DNA from: Chloroflexota bacterium
Lineage (GTDB): Bacteria; Chloroflexota; Anaerolineae; Anaerolineales; Villigracilaceae
NCBI GenBank assembly: GCA_049324135.1
Contig: JBMOMO010000146.1
Coordinates: 28,322-92,321 of the forward strand
Reading direction: 5' to 3'
DNA: 64,000 nucleotides
Shown: positions 37,809 to 46,451 of the stretch, piece by piece
Position numbering within the stretch: the stretch's first letter is position 1
How the letters are laid out: each line of letters starts with the position of its first letter
The notes under the pieces: generated by a model
Databases searched by the model: none
What the model was told of the DNA's origin: nothing
The model's input: only the letters and a program-made list of their open reading frames with translations
Position numbers and translations under genes: made by a program

Positions 37809-38255
37809 ATGAATGTTCTCGGCGCAATCGCTGCAGGTTTGGTCGGTACAATCGCCATCAGTATGGTGATGGCGATGGCTCCCAAGATGGGTATGCCCAA
37901 AATGGATATTGTAGACATGCTCAGTACCATGTTCGGCAAGCCCAATCGCTCAATAGGTTGGATGATGCATTTCTTGATGGGGGTCATCTTTGCCCTGATC
38001 TACTCCTTTGTTTGGTCTGCTGGCGTTGGCTCCTCCACCTGGATAAACGGCCTGATCTTCGGCGCAGTCCACTGGTTGGTAGTTGGCATAGGCATGGGCA
38101 TGATTCCTATGATGCACGCTGGCATAAAAAGCGGCGCGGTCAAGGCTCCCGGCTTGTGGATGGCTAATAATGGCGGGCTGATGGCCTTCATCGGAGGCCT
38201 GGTCGGTCATATGGTGTTTGGGCTGGTTGTGGTGCTGGTCTACAACTTGTTTTAG
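37809..38255 (+). CDS. Hypothetical Met/Gly-rich integral membrane protein
   Basis: 148 aa with 4 TM helices. RBS GTGAGG upstream. No family recognised with confidence. Confidence 0.65.
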   Translation: MNVLGAIAAGLVGTIAISMVMAMAPKMGMPKMDIVDMLSTMFGKPNRSIGWMMHFLMGVIFALIYSFVWSAGVGSSTWINGLIFGAVHWLVVGIGMGMIPMMHAGIKSGAVKAPGLWMANNGGLMAFIGGLVGHMVFGLVVVLVYNLF

Positions 38256-38278
38256 GCTTCTTCATTTTCACCTCCTCA

Positions 38279-38320
38279 GCAAGCAGGCATTCCTTGGGTA
38301 TTCCAGGAATGCCTGCTTGC
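38279..38320 (+). terminator. Stem-loop downstream of the membrane-protein gene
   Basis: GCAAGCAGGCATTCC...GGAATGCCTGCTTGC forms a 15-bp stem. There is no U-tract. Confidence 0.4.
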
Positions 38321-38373
38321 GAGTAAATAAGGTAGAATAAATCCAGATATTTCTTCTGGCTAAAGGATGACCA

Positions 38374-39210
38374 ATGGAAAATGCTTTGCTCAAATCTTTG
38401 CTTATCTTGGCGGATATCGTCGAAGCGCGCGATCCATATACCGGCGGTCATATCTGGAGAGTATCCCAGTTCGCTAAATTGCTGGCAGTAAAAGCGGGTC
38501 TTAACGAAGCCGAAGCGATTCAAATCAGCCTGGGTGGCTATTTGCATGACTTGGGTAAAATCGGTATCCCTGATGCCATCTTGCTGAAACCGGGGAAACT
38601 GACTGGGCAAGAATTTGAAATCATCAAGACGCATCCCCTGATCGGTAAGAAGATCATAGCAGAGCATCCACTTTCCGGCCTTGTCTGCAAACCTATTGTG
38701 GAGCATCACGAACGATTGGATGGGACGGGCTACCCTAATGAGTTGGTGGAAGATCAGATTGCTCTCGAATCCCGAATTGTAGGGATCTCCGACGCCCTGG
38801 ACGCAATGACCAGCACGCGCCCCTATCGCAAGGGCTTGCCGCAAGAAACTGCGCTTATATTTCTTGAGCAGGGTATAGGGAAGCAATTCGATCCTATGTT
38901 GGTTGGGCACATTTGTGATTTAGGACGGGCAGGCGATTTGCGCCACATCATCGGACATAGCGCTGAAGGCATCCCTTTGGTGACTTGCCCCACCTGCGGA
39001 CCAATTGTTGCGGTTCCGCGTACAGCCCGTGATGGAGATGTTGTTTTTTGCCGGGCTTGCACCGGCATGCTCGCCCTACACAAAGATGGCGCCTCTTTCG
39101 AAGCCGAACTGACAGGCATGGCCGGGAGCGCATTTGATTTGCAGGCGCATCCCAATTTTGCCGCAATCGAAGATATGCTGAATCAAATTCCGGGAACGGT
39201 AAAAGTTTAA
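38374..39210 (+). CDS. HD-GYP domain phosphodiesterase with a C-terminal Cys4 zinc-ribbon-like tail
   Basis: 278 aa. HD (YLHDLGKIGIP), HHERLDGTGYP, and the tail CPTCGPIVAVPRTARDGDVVFCRAC. Confidence 0.85.
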   Translation: MENALLKSLLILADIVEARDPYTGGHIWRVSQFAKLLAVKAGLNEAEAIQISLGGYLHDLGKIGIPDAILLKPGKLTGQEFEIIKTHPLIGKKIIAEHPLSGLVCKPIVEHHERLDGTGYPNELVEDQIALESRIVGISDALDAMTSTRPYRKGLPQETALIFLEQGIGKQFDPMLVGHICDLGRAGDLRHIIGHSAEGIPLVTCPTCGPIVAVPRTARDGDVVFCRACTGMLALHKDGASFEAELTGMAGSAFDLQAHPNFAAIEDMLNQIPGTVKV

Positions 39211-39237
39211 GTTTCTACGAGCGGAAGAGGATCCTCA

Positions 39238-39951
39238 ATGGAGTTAATAACCACAGCCCTGGTTCTTGTGGATATCAGCGGGTACACGAAATTTATCCGG
39301 CAACAAAAACTGAGTCTGTTGCACGCAGAAGACATCATTACGAAATTGTTAGAAACAGTATTGGATACCGCGCAATTTCCGCTGATCTTGAACAAATTGG
39401 AAGGAGATGCCGCTTTTTTGTACGCCCTGATTGTGGATGATCCAGTTCCTGTTTTGCAGGATGTTACCCGGCAGGCTGTGTCCTTTTTTTCTTCCTTTCA
39501 CAACAAAGCAACCGAATTATCTTTGGATACTTCTTACTGTGGTTGTGACGCCTGTACGCAAATTGACCGCCTGAGGCTTAAAATAATTTTGCATTATGGG
39601 CAAGTGGTAATAAAAAAGGTTCGTCACTATGAAGAACTGGCTGGCGATAATGTCATCATCATCCATCAATTGTTGAAAAATTCTGTACCTGCGGCTGAAT
39701 ATCTCCTGATGACACAACCCTTTTTCCAAGCAGCGGGAAGCATTTCTGGCTTTCAGCAGGAAACACGCACGGAACGCTATGAAAACTTCGGGCAGGTTGC
39801 TGTCGAAGTTTTTTATCCTGAGGCAAGTTTTACTCCTCGGCCGATCAGGCGATCCTTTTTGCGGAGGCTAAATCTTGTTGTGACCCGCATGTTGCTATAT
39901 TTGCGCCACTTTTCAGGCTCTTCGAGGTCAAAAGAGTATGATAAGTGGTAG
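39238..39951 (+). CDS. DUF2652-family protein (nucleotidyl-cyclase-like motifs)
   Basis: 237 aa. LVLVDISGYTKF and KLEGDAAFLY resemble the two metal-Asp motifs of class III cyclase homology domains. Lies 27 nt after the HD-GYP gene. Confidence 0.7.
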   Translation: MELITTALVLVDISGYTKFIRQQKLSLLHAEDIITKLLETVLDTAQFPLILNKLEGDAAFLYALIVDDPVPVLQDVTRQAVSFFSSFHNKATELSLDTSYCGCDACTQIDRLRLKIILHYGQVVIKKVRHYEELAGDNVIIIHQLLKNSVPAAEYLLMTQPFFQAAGSISGFQQETRTERYENFGQVAVEVFYPEASFTPRPIRRSFLRRLNLVVTRMLLYLRHFSGSSRSKEYDKW

Positions 39952-39979
39952 CGAATTCGGTAGCGATTTTGTTTTGGGG

Positions 39980-41065
39980 TTACGGTTCCCACTGCGGCTG
40001 CCAATCGGGTTCGGGATCGTCGGTCAGTTGGCGCTCGTCGTTTCCATCGGCGCGGACGAGGTAAATGTCGGCCTGGCCGTTGTTGCGAAGGGAGTTGTAG
40101 GCCACCCATTGCCCGTCTGGTGACCAGGCGGGCGAATTGTTGTTGCCGCCGTTCGTCAGCCGCAGGATGGTGTTGGCTGCCAGGTTCAACAGGAAAATAT
40201 CCTTGTCCCCGGGTGGCCCGGCCGAGATGAGCAGGGATTTGCCGTCTGGCGACCAGTCCAGGCTGCCGGTGATGCCGAGTAGTCCCGTGTTCAACTGGCG
40301 CGCTGGTTGGTTATCGTCCGCGTTGACCAGGAAAATGTCGTATTCGAACAATTGCGTGGTGCTCATTGCAAAGGCGATGGTCTGCCCGCCTGGCGACCAG
40401 GCTGCGCCGACGATGGAGGTCGGGCCGGCGTAATTCGGGCCTTCGTAGAGCAGGCGCAGGTTTTCACCGGTGCGGTCTACGATCCACAGGGAGGTTTGTC
40501 CCTGCTCGACGCGGTTGGCAAACACGACTCGTTCCCCGTCTGGCGAGAAGTCTGGCGAGAAGGCGTTGCCAATCTCATTTGTCAATTGGATGGTCGAAGA
40601 GGTGCTCAACACCATGAAATACAGGTCGAACGTGCCCAGGCTGCGATTGGAGGCAAAGGCGATCGCGCCTCCCAGGGGAGAAAAGGCGGGATAATAATCG
40701 TTGGCAAATTCGTCTGTCAGGCGCAGCAAGCCGCTGCCATCCTGGTTGACCATGCACAGGTGGTTGTAGTCGCCGCGGGTACAGGTGAAAATGATGCGCC
40801 CGCCATGCAAACCGGTGGGCAGCGGGGCGGGCGTATAGGTGGGTGGAGGCGGGGGCGTTGCAGGGATGGTGCGCGTGGGGAGGGGCGTGAAAGTGGCTGG
40901 GACGGTAATTTCCTCCGGCCTGTAGATGGGGACGAGAAAAAAAAGCAGGGCAAGCAGGCCAACCGCCACCAGGCTGACCGGCAAGCGCCTGCCCTTCTTT
41001 TTGCTGAAGATCTTCTTTGGGCGATTGCGGTGGAACATAACAAGTTTCGTAGGACAAATTGTCAA
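39980..41065 (-). CDS. Membrane-anchored TolB-like (PD40/WD40-like) beta-propeller protein
   Basis: 361 aa. N-terminal TM helix, a Pro/Thr-rich linker, and repeated FSPDG/WSPDG/YPAFSP blades. An alternative start exists at 41038. Confidence 0.8.
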   Translation of the reverse strand: MTICPTKLVMFHRNRPKKIFSKKKGRRLPVSLVAVGLLALLFFLVPIYRPEEITVPATFTPLPTRTIPATPPPPPTYTPAPLPTGLHGGRIIFTCTRGDYNHLCMVNQDGSGLLRLTDEFANDYYPAFSPLGGAIAFASNRSLGTFDLYFMVLSTSSTIQLTNEIGNAFSPDFSPDGERVVFANRVEQGQTSLWIVDRTGENLRLLYEGPNYAGPTSIVGAAWSPGGQTIAFAMSTTQLFEYDIFLVNADDNQPARQLNTGLLGITGSLDWSPDGKSLLISAGPPGDKDIFLLNLAANTILRLTNGGNNNSPAWSPDGQWVAYNSLRNNGQADIYLVRADGNDERQLTDDPEPDWQPQWEP

Positions 41066-41079
41066 TTTGTCCTACAACC

Positions 41080-41283
41080 TTACAAAGCCCAGGCCAGCAT
41101 CAGGCCAAAGATAGCGACCACCAGTCCCAGGTGCAGGAACAGGTTGGACTGCGCCACCCAATGCGGGTAGACCATCCATTGCAAGATGTAGTTGAAGACG
41201 ATCAGGCCAATGCCGATCAGGGGAAGCAAGCCTTTGCGGTGCGCGAGGTATTCTGAAAACCAATCGAGTAATTTCGAGATCAT
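41080..41283 (-). CDS. Small two-TM membrane protein
   Basis: 67 aa. Its ATG overlaps the hflX stop (ATGA), suggesting translational coupling. Confidence 0.55.
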   Translation of the reverse strand: MISKLLDWFSEYLAHRKGLLPLIGIGLIVFNYILQWMVYPHWVAQSNLFLHLGLVVAIFGLMLAWAL

Positions 41284-42656
41284 AGGTCTTCCTCTCCGGG
41301 AGCGGGTTCCGCCTCGGCGGTGGGAATGGCTGTCTTAACGGTAGCAAGCCAGGGCGTGAACTGAGCGAGCAGGCGTCCAGGGATGCGCCCGTGGATGTCG
41401 ACCCCGCCGCGTCCATGTTCGATGCGTTCCACCTGTCCCATTTCGTGGAACAGGGAAATCAGCGCGCCTTGCTGGTAGGGCAGGTGGACTTTGATGGGGG
41501 TATACGTTTCGTACAGTTCCTGCTGGATCACGCGCAACAGATCAGGGACGCCGCTTCCGTTCAAGCCTGAAATTGCCACCGCTTTCGGATAGTGCGCCAG
41601 CGTCTCCAGGGCCTGTTCCGGGCGCTTCAGCAGGTCGAGTTTGTTCAGGACCGTGATGGTGGGGATGTGCGCTGCGCCGATCTCATCCAGGGTCTGCTGG
41701 ACGGCCTCGAACTGGTTGAGCGCGTTGGGATGGGAGATGTCTACCAGGTGCAGCAGCAGGTCGGCTTCGGCGATCTCCTCCAGCGTGGCGCGGAAGGCGG
41801 CTACGAGCGTGGTAGGTAGTTTCTGGATGAAGCCGACAGTGTCGGTGAAGAGCGCCTGGTAGCCGCCGGGGAGTTCCACGCGCCGGGTGGTGGGGTCGAG
41901 CGTGGCAAACAGTTGGTCGGCCACATACACGTCTGCGCGCGCCAGGCGGTTGAGCAGGGTGGATTTCCCGGCATTCGTGTAACCAACAAGGGCAACGGTC
42001 GGCAGGCGGGAGCGTTTTCTCTGGGAACGGTAGCGTTCGCGGTGGGCGCGCACTTTTTCCAGTTGGCGCTTGAGGTGGGCGATGCGCTCACGGATCTGGC
42101 GGCGGTCCACTTCCAGTTGGGTTTCGCCCGGGCCGCGCAGGCCTACGCCGCCGGTGGAGCCGGCGCGTCCGCCTCCGCCGCCTGCCTGGCGCGCCAGGTG
42201 CGTCCATTGGCGGGTCAGGCGGGGCAGGTAGTATTCATATTGCGCCAGTTCGACCTGTAACATGCCTTCGCTGGTGTGGGCGTGTTGGGCGAAGATGTCG
42301 AGGATGAGCGCGGTGCGGTCGAGGACGCGCACTTTGTCGCCCAGCGCCTTCTCCAGTTCGCGCTGGTGGCGCGGCGAAAGTTCATCGTCGAAGACGACCA
42401 CCTGGGCAAGCGTCTCTTCGGCCAGCGCCTTGAGTTCCTCTACCTTGCCGGGGCCGATGTAGGTTTCCACGTGCGGATGGTCGAGTTTCTGGGTCAGTTC
42501 GCCAACCACCTCCAGCCCGGCGGTCTCGGAAAGCAAGGCCAATTCGGCCAGTGAATCTTCCATGCCCAGGATTCCAGGTTTTTGATAGATTTCCACGCCG
42601 ACCAGGAAAGCGTGTTCCCTTGGGGGCAGGGTTGGTTCAGGGGTTTTCTTTGCCAT
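41280..42656 (-). CDS. hflX: GTPase HflX
   Basis: 458 aa from the ATG at 42656. G1 GYTNAGKST, G3 DTVGF, G4 NKLD, and an HflX N-domain (IGPGKVEEL). The upstream 121 codons of the tracked ORF overlap the kinase gene. Confidence 0.95.
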   Translation of the reverse strand: MAKKTPEPTLPPREHAFLVGVEIYQKPGILGMEDSLAELALLSETAGLEVVGELTQKLDHPHVETYIGPGKVEELKALAEETLAQVVVFDDELSPRHQRELEKALGDKVRVLDRTALILDIFAQHAHTSEGMLQVELAQYEYYLPRLTRQWTHLARQAGGGGGRAGSTGGVGLRGPGETQLEVDRRQIRERIAHLKRQLEKVRAHRERYRSQRKRSRLPTVALVGYTNAGKSTLLNRLARADVYVADQLFATLDPTTRRVELPGGYQALFTDTVGFIQKLPTTLVAAFRATLEEIAEADLLLHLVDISHPNALNQFEAVQQTLDEIGAAHIPTITVLNKLDLLKRPEQALETLAHYPKAVAISGLNGSGVPDLLRVIQQELYETYTPIKVHLPYQQGALISLFHEMGQVERIEHGRGGVDIHGRIPGRLLAQFTPWLATVKTAIPTAEAEPAPGEEDL

Positions 42657-42681
42657 AACTGATGTCTGGTATCCTGGGTGA

Positions 42682-43920
42682 TTAAGTCCCCGGCGCAGGG
42701 TTCGAGCGGGGCCTTTGCGCCGGGAAAAGTTTTTCCAATTTGGGGTCGGCCGCATCGGTTCGGATGGGCAACAGGATATGGAAGGTGGAGCCTGGGCATT
42801 TCTTTTCGTCGCAGCCGGGCGACTCGACCCAGATCGTGCCGCCATGCGCTTCGATGATGCCGCGCGTGATGGGCAAGCCCAGTCCTGGCCCGCCGCCCTT
42901 GAACTTGGTCTTGCCGCTGGAATGCAGGTTGGGATGCCCCAATTGCCCGAATTTCTCGAAGATCGCCGTTTGGTGTTCGGGCGAGATGCCGATGCCGGTG
43001 TCTTTGACCGTAATTTCAATGAAGCCGGGCAGCGTGCGTCCGTCTACGGTGATTTTGCCTTTGTCGGGCGTATATTTGATGGCGTTGGTCAGCACATTGC
43101 GGAGCGCCTGGTACAAGCGTTCACTGTCGGCGTAGATCCAGGTCTGGCAGCCGGGGAATCTGCGGATTTCCAGTTTTTGCATCCTTTCCAGGATGGAAGA
43201 GACCAGGTCGTTCTTGAGCAGGTTCAGGATATGAAGGATCGTGGTCTGTTGGAATTGGAGCGAGAGCAAGTGATTGTCTATCAGCGAGACATCGATCATG
43301 TCGTCGATGATTTCGTGCAAGCGGATCACACCCTTGCTCATCCCAAACAGCAAGTCATCGAATTGGGTTTGTCCGGACTCTTCGATCATGTCGCGCATCA
43401 TGGAGGCGTAGCCCTCGATCAAGGTGAGGGGTGTTTTCAGTTCATGCGCCGCTACCGAGATGAAATTCGATTTGCTCTGGTCGAGGTGTTCCAACTGTCG
43501 TTGTACATTGAGGAGTTCCTTCGACATATAGGCCAGGCGGGCTTCCATTTCCAGCCGGGCGGCCTTGTCCAATACATGTGTGTAAATCGGCAGAAGCGCC
43601 GTCAGCAGGTTGAGGGCTTCTTTTTCATCCAGGGTTTCGTGCGCGAGTTCATTCGTCGCGGCGATCATCTGGCCCAGGAGGTGGGACACATTGTTCTTGC
43701 CTTCTTCCAGGTCGGTTTGGGTTGGCGACGCGGTCCATTCGACCAGGATGGAATCCATCCAGGCCGGGTCGCCCGTTGCGACCGCTTGCTGCATGTGCGT
43801 GAAGAACTGGTCGAGTTGGGTTTGGAAATCCACCCGCACATCTGCGCCGCGCGCGATGCTGTGCGCCATACGATAGGTCCAGGCGGGACGGATGCTGGCA
43901 AGCAGGTCTTGGGCGTTCAT
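42682..43920 (-). CDS. Cytoplasmic sensor histidine kinase
   Basis: 412 aa. H-box SVAAHELKTPL, and HATPase N/G boxes (NVLTNAIKYT, DTGIGI, GGPGLGL). Confidence 0.9.
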   Translation of the reverse strand: MNAQDLLASIRPAWTYRMAHSIARGADVRVDFQTQLDQFFTHMQQAVATGDPAWMDSILVEWTASPTQTDLEEGKNNVSHLLGQMIAATNELAHETLDEKEALNLLTALLPIYTHVLDKAARLEMEARLAYMSKELLNVQRQLEHLDQSKSNFISVAAHELKTPLTLIEGYASMMRDMIEESGQTQFDDLLFGMSKGVIRLHEIIDDMIDVSLIDNHLLSLQFQQTTILHILNLLKNDLVSSILERMQKLEIRRFPGCQTWIYADSERLYQALRNVLTNAIKYTPDKGKITVDGRTLPGFIEITVKDTGIGISPEHQTAIFEKFGQLGHPNLHSSGKTKFKGGGPGLGLPITRGIIEAHGGTIWVESPGCDEKKCPGSTFHILLPIRTDAADPKLEKLFPAQRPRSNPAPGT

Positions 43921-43968
43921 CTAGTATAGTTTACGCGCTCTCCCGCTTTTTGGCAAATAGGGATTGGT

Positions 43969-44107
43969 CAGCAATTCTCAATATGGATTAATTCATCCGC
44001 AGATTTCGCTGATTACGCAGAAAAAGCATTAAAAATCTGCTAAATCTGCGCCACAGCGTCCCCTTTGGGGATCTGCGGATAAGGTTTTTTCATAATGAGA
44101 ATTGCTG
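43969..44107. mobile_element. MITE-like element (139 bp)
   Basis: 17-bp terminal inverted repeats: CAGCAATTCTCAATATG and CATAATGAGAATTGCTG (16/17). They are directly flanked by the 9-bp direct repeat GGGATTGGT at 43960..43968 and 44108..44116. An internal 10-bp inverted repeat is ATCCGCAGAT/ATCTGCGGAT. The element has no ORF. Confidence 0.6.
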
Positions 44108-44133
44108 GGGATTGGTAAGTGCGGGCGCGCCCG

Positions 44134-45042
44134 CTATTCTGGCAAATTGCGGCGCAGCAACCATTCTTGCAGCGTTTCGCCAACGGCTGCCAGGCTTTCG
44201 GCTGAAACTTTATCGGGCGTATCGGCGGCCGTGTGATAGTACGGGTAATCGAAGTCGATGATATCTACGGCAGGGATGCCGGCCTGTAGAAAGGGCGTAT
44301 GGTCATCCAGGATGCTGTATTTCGGCTGCGCAATGAACCGGTCTGCGTAGCCCAGGTCTGCCGCCGCTGTCCAGATTTCATTTACCAGGACGGGGTCGGA
44401 ATTCCGTTCGATGTAGATGTCCTGCTCGGCGTCGCCGATCATGTCTACGATGACCACCGCCTCGGGGCGCGCCTCCAGTTGCTCCACGAAGGCGCGCGAG
44501 CCGAGGATCCAATCCCAGCCGTGGATGTCCCCGTTGTCTTCCGCGTCGAAGAAGACCAGCCACAGCGGCGGTGCGTCTTCGGGCAGGGTGCGCGCCAGTT
44601 CGAGCAGCACGGCCACGCCCGAGGCGCCGTCGTTTGCGCCCGGCACAGGCTGGAGTTGCTTGAAGGGATCGGGATCGTGGTCGGCGAAGAGGCGCGTGTC
44701 GTAGTGCGCGCCGAGGATGACCTGCGGCGGCTCGTCCCCGCGCCAGGCGATCAGGTTTTGGATGGGATGCCCCAGCATTTCGGCGGACTGGATGCGCGAG
44801 TCCCAGCCTGCAGCGGACAACTCCGCGCGCATCCATTCCAGGACGCGGGCCTGCCCGGCCGACCCGGGCGTGCGCGCCCCGAAAGCGACCTGCGTTTCGA
44901 CGTCGGCCAGGGCGCGCTGTCCGTCGAATGCAACGGGAGCAGCCTCCGGCTGGGTCCAGAACGCGAAGATGTACCAGCCTGTCACGATGGCGAGCAGGAG
45001 TCCGATCAGGGAAAGGTAGATTGCGATCCGTTTTTTTGTCAT
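44134..45042 (-). CDS. M28-family metallopeptidase (aminopeptidase / glutaminyl-cyclase-like)
   Basis: 302 aa. N-terminal TM helix or signal. Metal-ligand motifs [18 protein letters not shown] and FFDAEDNG. Confidence 0.85.
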   Translation of the reverse strand: MTKKRIAIYLSLIGLLLAIVTGWYIFAFWTQPEAAPVAFDGQRALADVETQVAFGARTPGSAGQARVLEWMRAELSAAGWDSRIQSAEMLGHPIQNLIAWRGDEPPQVILGAHYDTRLFADHDPDPFKQLQPVPGANDGASGVAVLLELARTLPEDAPPLWLVFFDAEDNGDIHGWDWILGSRAFVEQLEARPEAVVIVDMIGDAEQDIYIERNSDPVLVNEIWTAAADLGYADRFIAQPKYSILDDHTPFLQAGIPAVDIIDFDYPYYHTAADTPDKVSAESLAAVGETLQEWLLRRNLPE

Positions 45043-46391
45043 AGGCTTATATACGTTTCCAGCGCGGCCAGGGCGCGGTCGGCGTAGGCTTTCCCGCGCT
45101 CGCGTTTGCCGGGCGGTTTTTTGCCCGTGTGTTCCAGGGGCGGCAGGATGCCGAAGTTGGCCTTCATGGGTTGGAAGTCTTGCATGTCGGCGTGGGTGAC
45201 GTAGCGGCAGAGCGCGCCCAGCATGGTTTCGGGCGGCAGTTCGAGCAGGGACTCGCCTTTGAGCAGGCGCGCGGCGTTGAGTCCCGCCAGCAGGCCGGTG
45301 GCGATGTTGCCCATGTAGCCTTCCACGCCGGTGATCTGGCCGGCGAAGAACAGGTCGTCGCGCGTTTTGTGTTGTAATGTGGGGCGCAGCAGTTTGGGGC
45401 TGGCCAGGAAGGTGTTGCGGTGCATCTGGCCGTAGCGCGCGAACTCGGCGTTTTGGAGGCCGGGGATCAGGCGCAGGACGCGGCGCTGTTCCGGGAATTT
45501 CAGGTTGGTCTGGAAGCCGACCAGGTTGTAGAGATCGCCCGCCAGGTTGTCTTGCCGCAGTTGGACGACGGCGTAGGGGCGGCGCCCCGTGCGGGGATCG
45601 GTCAGCCCGACCGGGCGCATGGGGCCGAAGGCCAGAGAGTCGCGCCCGCGCTCGGCGATGATCTCGACCGGCAGGCAGCCTTCGAAGAAATGATGCGCGC
45701 CCGCCCTGACGCCCGTCTTGATGGCGTCTTCGAAAGAGCGCAGTTCGATGCGCTCGGCCGCCAGCAGGGCGTGGACGAAGGTTTCATATTCTTCTTTCGT
45801 GAAGGGACAGTTGATGTAATCACCCTCCTCCTGCTCGCCCTTGCCGTAGCGCGAAGCGTGAAAGGCGATCTCCATGTCGATGCTGCCCGCTTCCACGATG
45901 GGGGCAATGGCGTCGAAGAAGTACAGGTTCCCTTCGCCGTTCAGTTCGGCCAGGGCTTTCGAGAGCGCCGGGGAGGTGAGCGGGCCAGAGGCGATGACGG
46001 CGGGCGTCCCTGGGATGCCGGTGGCTTCCTGGCGAATGACTTCGATGTCCGGGTGGTTTTGGATGCGTTCGGTGACGGCGCGCGCAAAGCCTTCCCGGTC
46101 TACGGCCAGGGCGCCGCCTGCTGGCAGGGCGGTCGCTTCGGCGCAAGAAAGCAGCATGGAATTCAGCCTGCGCAGTTCGTCCTTGAGCAGGCCGGAAGCG
46201 CGGTCGGGCAGGTTCGAGCCGAGCGAGTTGGAGCAGACCAACTCGGCCAGGTCTGCGGACTGGTGCGCGCCGGTGGATGTTTCCGGGCGCATCTCGTAAA
46301 GCCGCACTTTGAGTCCGTATTGGGCGGCTTGCCAGGCGGCCTCGCTGCCCGCCAGTCCGCCGCCAATGACGGTGAGGGAGGGGGTATTCAT
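45039..46391 (-). CDS. trmFO: Methylenetetrahydrofolate--tRNA-(uracil-5-)-methyltransferase TrmFO
   Basis: 450 aa from the ATG at 46391 ([21 protein letters not shown]...). Its stop overlaps the M28 gene start by 4 nt. Confidence 0.95.
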   Translation of the reverse strand: MNTPSLTVIGGGLAGSEAAWQAAQYGLKVRLYEMRPETSTGAHQSADLAELVCSNSLGSNLPDRASGLLKDELRRLNSMLLSCAEATALPAGGALAVDREGFARAVTERIQNHPDIEVIRQEATGIPGTPAVIASGPLTSPALSKALAELNGEGNLYFFDAIAPIVEAGSIDMEIAFHASRYGKGEQEEGDYINCPFTKEEYETFVHALLAAERIELRSFEDAIKTGVRAGAHHFFEGCLPVEIIAERGRDSLAFGPMRPVGLTDPRTGRRPYAVVQLRQDNLAGDLYNLVGFQTNLKFPEQRRVLRLIPGLQNAEFARYGQMHRNTFLASPKLLRPTLQHKTRDDLFFAGQITGVEGYMGNIATGLLAGLNAARLLKGESLLELPPETMLGALCRYVTHADMQDFQPMKANFGILPPLEHTGKKPPGKRERGKAYADRALAALETYISL

Positions 46392-46451
46392 GTGAGAACC
46401 GATTGTACCATTTCCAGTTGTTTCGACTCGTGTTGTATAATCAGGTTGTTT

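Noticed and set aside
38188-38910. 240-aa minus-strand ORF
   Set aside because: It is antisense to the clearly motif-bearing HD-GYP gene, and I recognise no domain signature in it.
42657-43019. N-terminal extension of the hflX ORF. Analogous extensions occur at glnS 16097..16396, the ABC ATPase 26048..26299, the CDP-OH transferase 28603..28851 and trmFO 46392..46562.
   Set aside because: The extensions overlap neighbouring genes or repeat elements and carry no family-like sequence. Internal ATGs coincide with the start of homology.
44121-44134. GCGGGCGCGCCCGC palindrome as the terminator of the M28 peptidase gene
   Set aside because: The hairpin overlaps the stop codon and no U-tract follows on the coding strand. 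It is too weak to call.
45420-46451. The first 344 codons of the tracked 1220-aa plus-strand ORF
   Set aside because: This stretch lies entirely antisense to the well-supported trmFO gene in a GC3-rich block. It is Gly/Ala/Arg/Val-rich with no recognisable domain. A good ATG at 46452 begins the real multi-GAF kinase.
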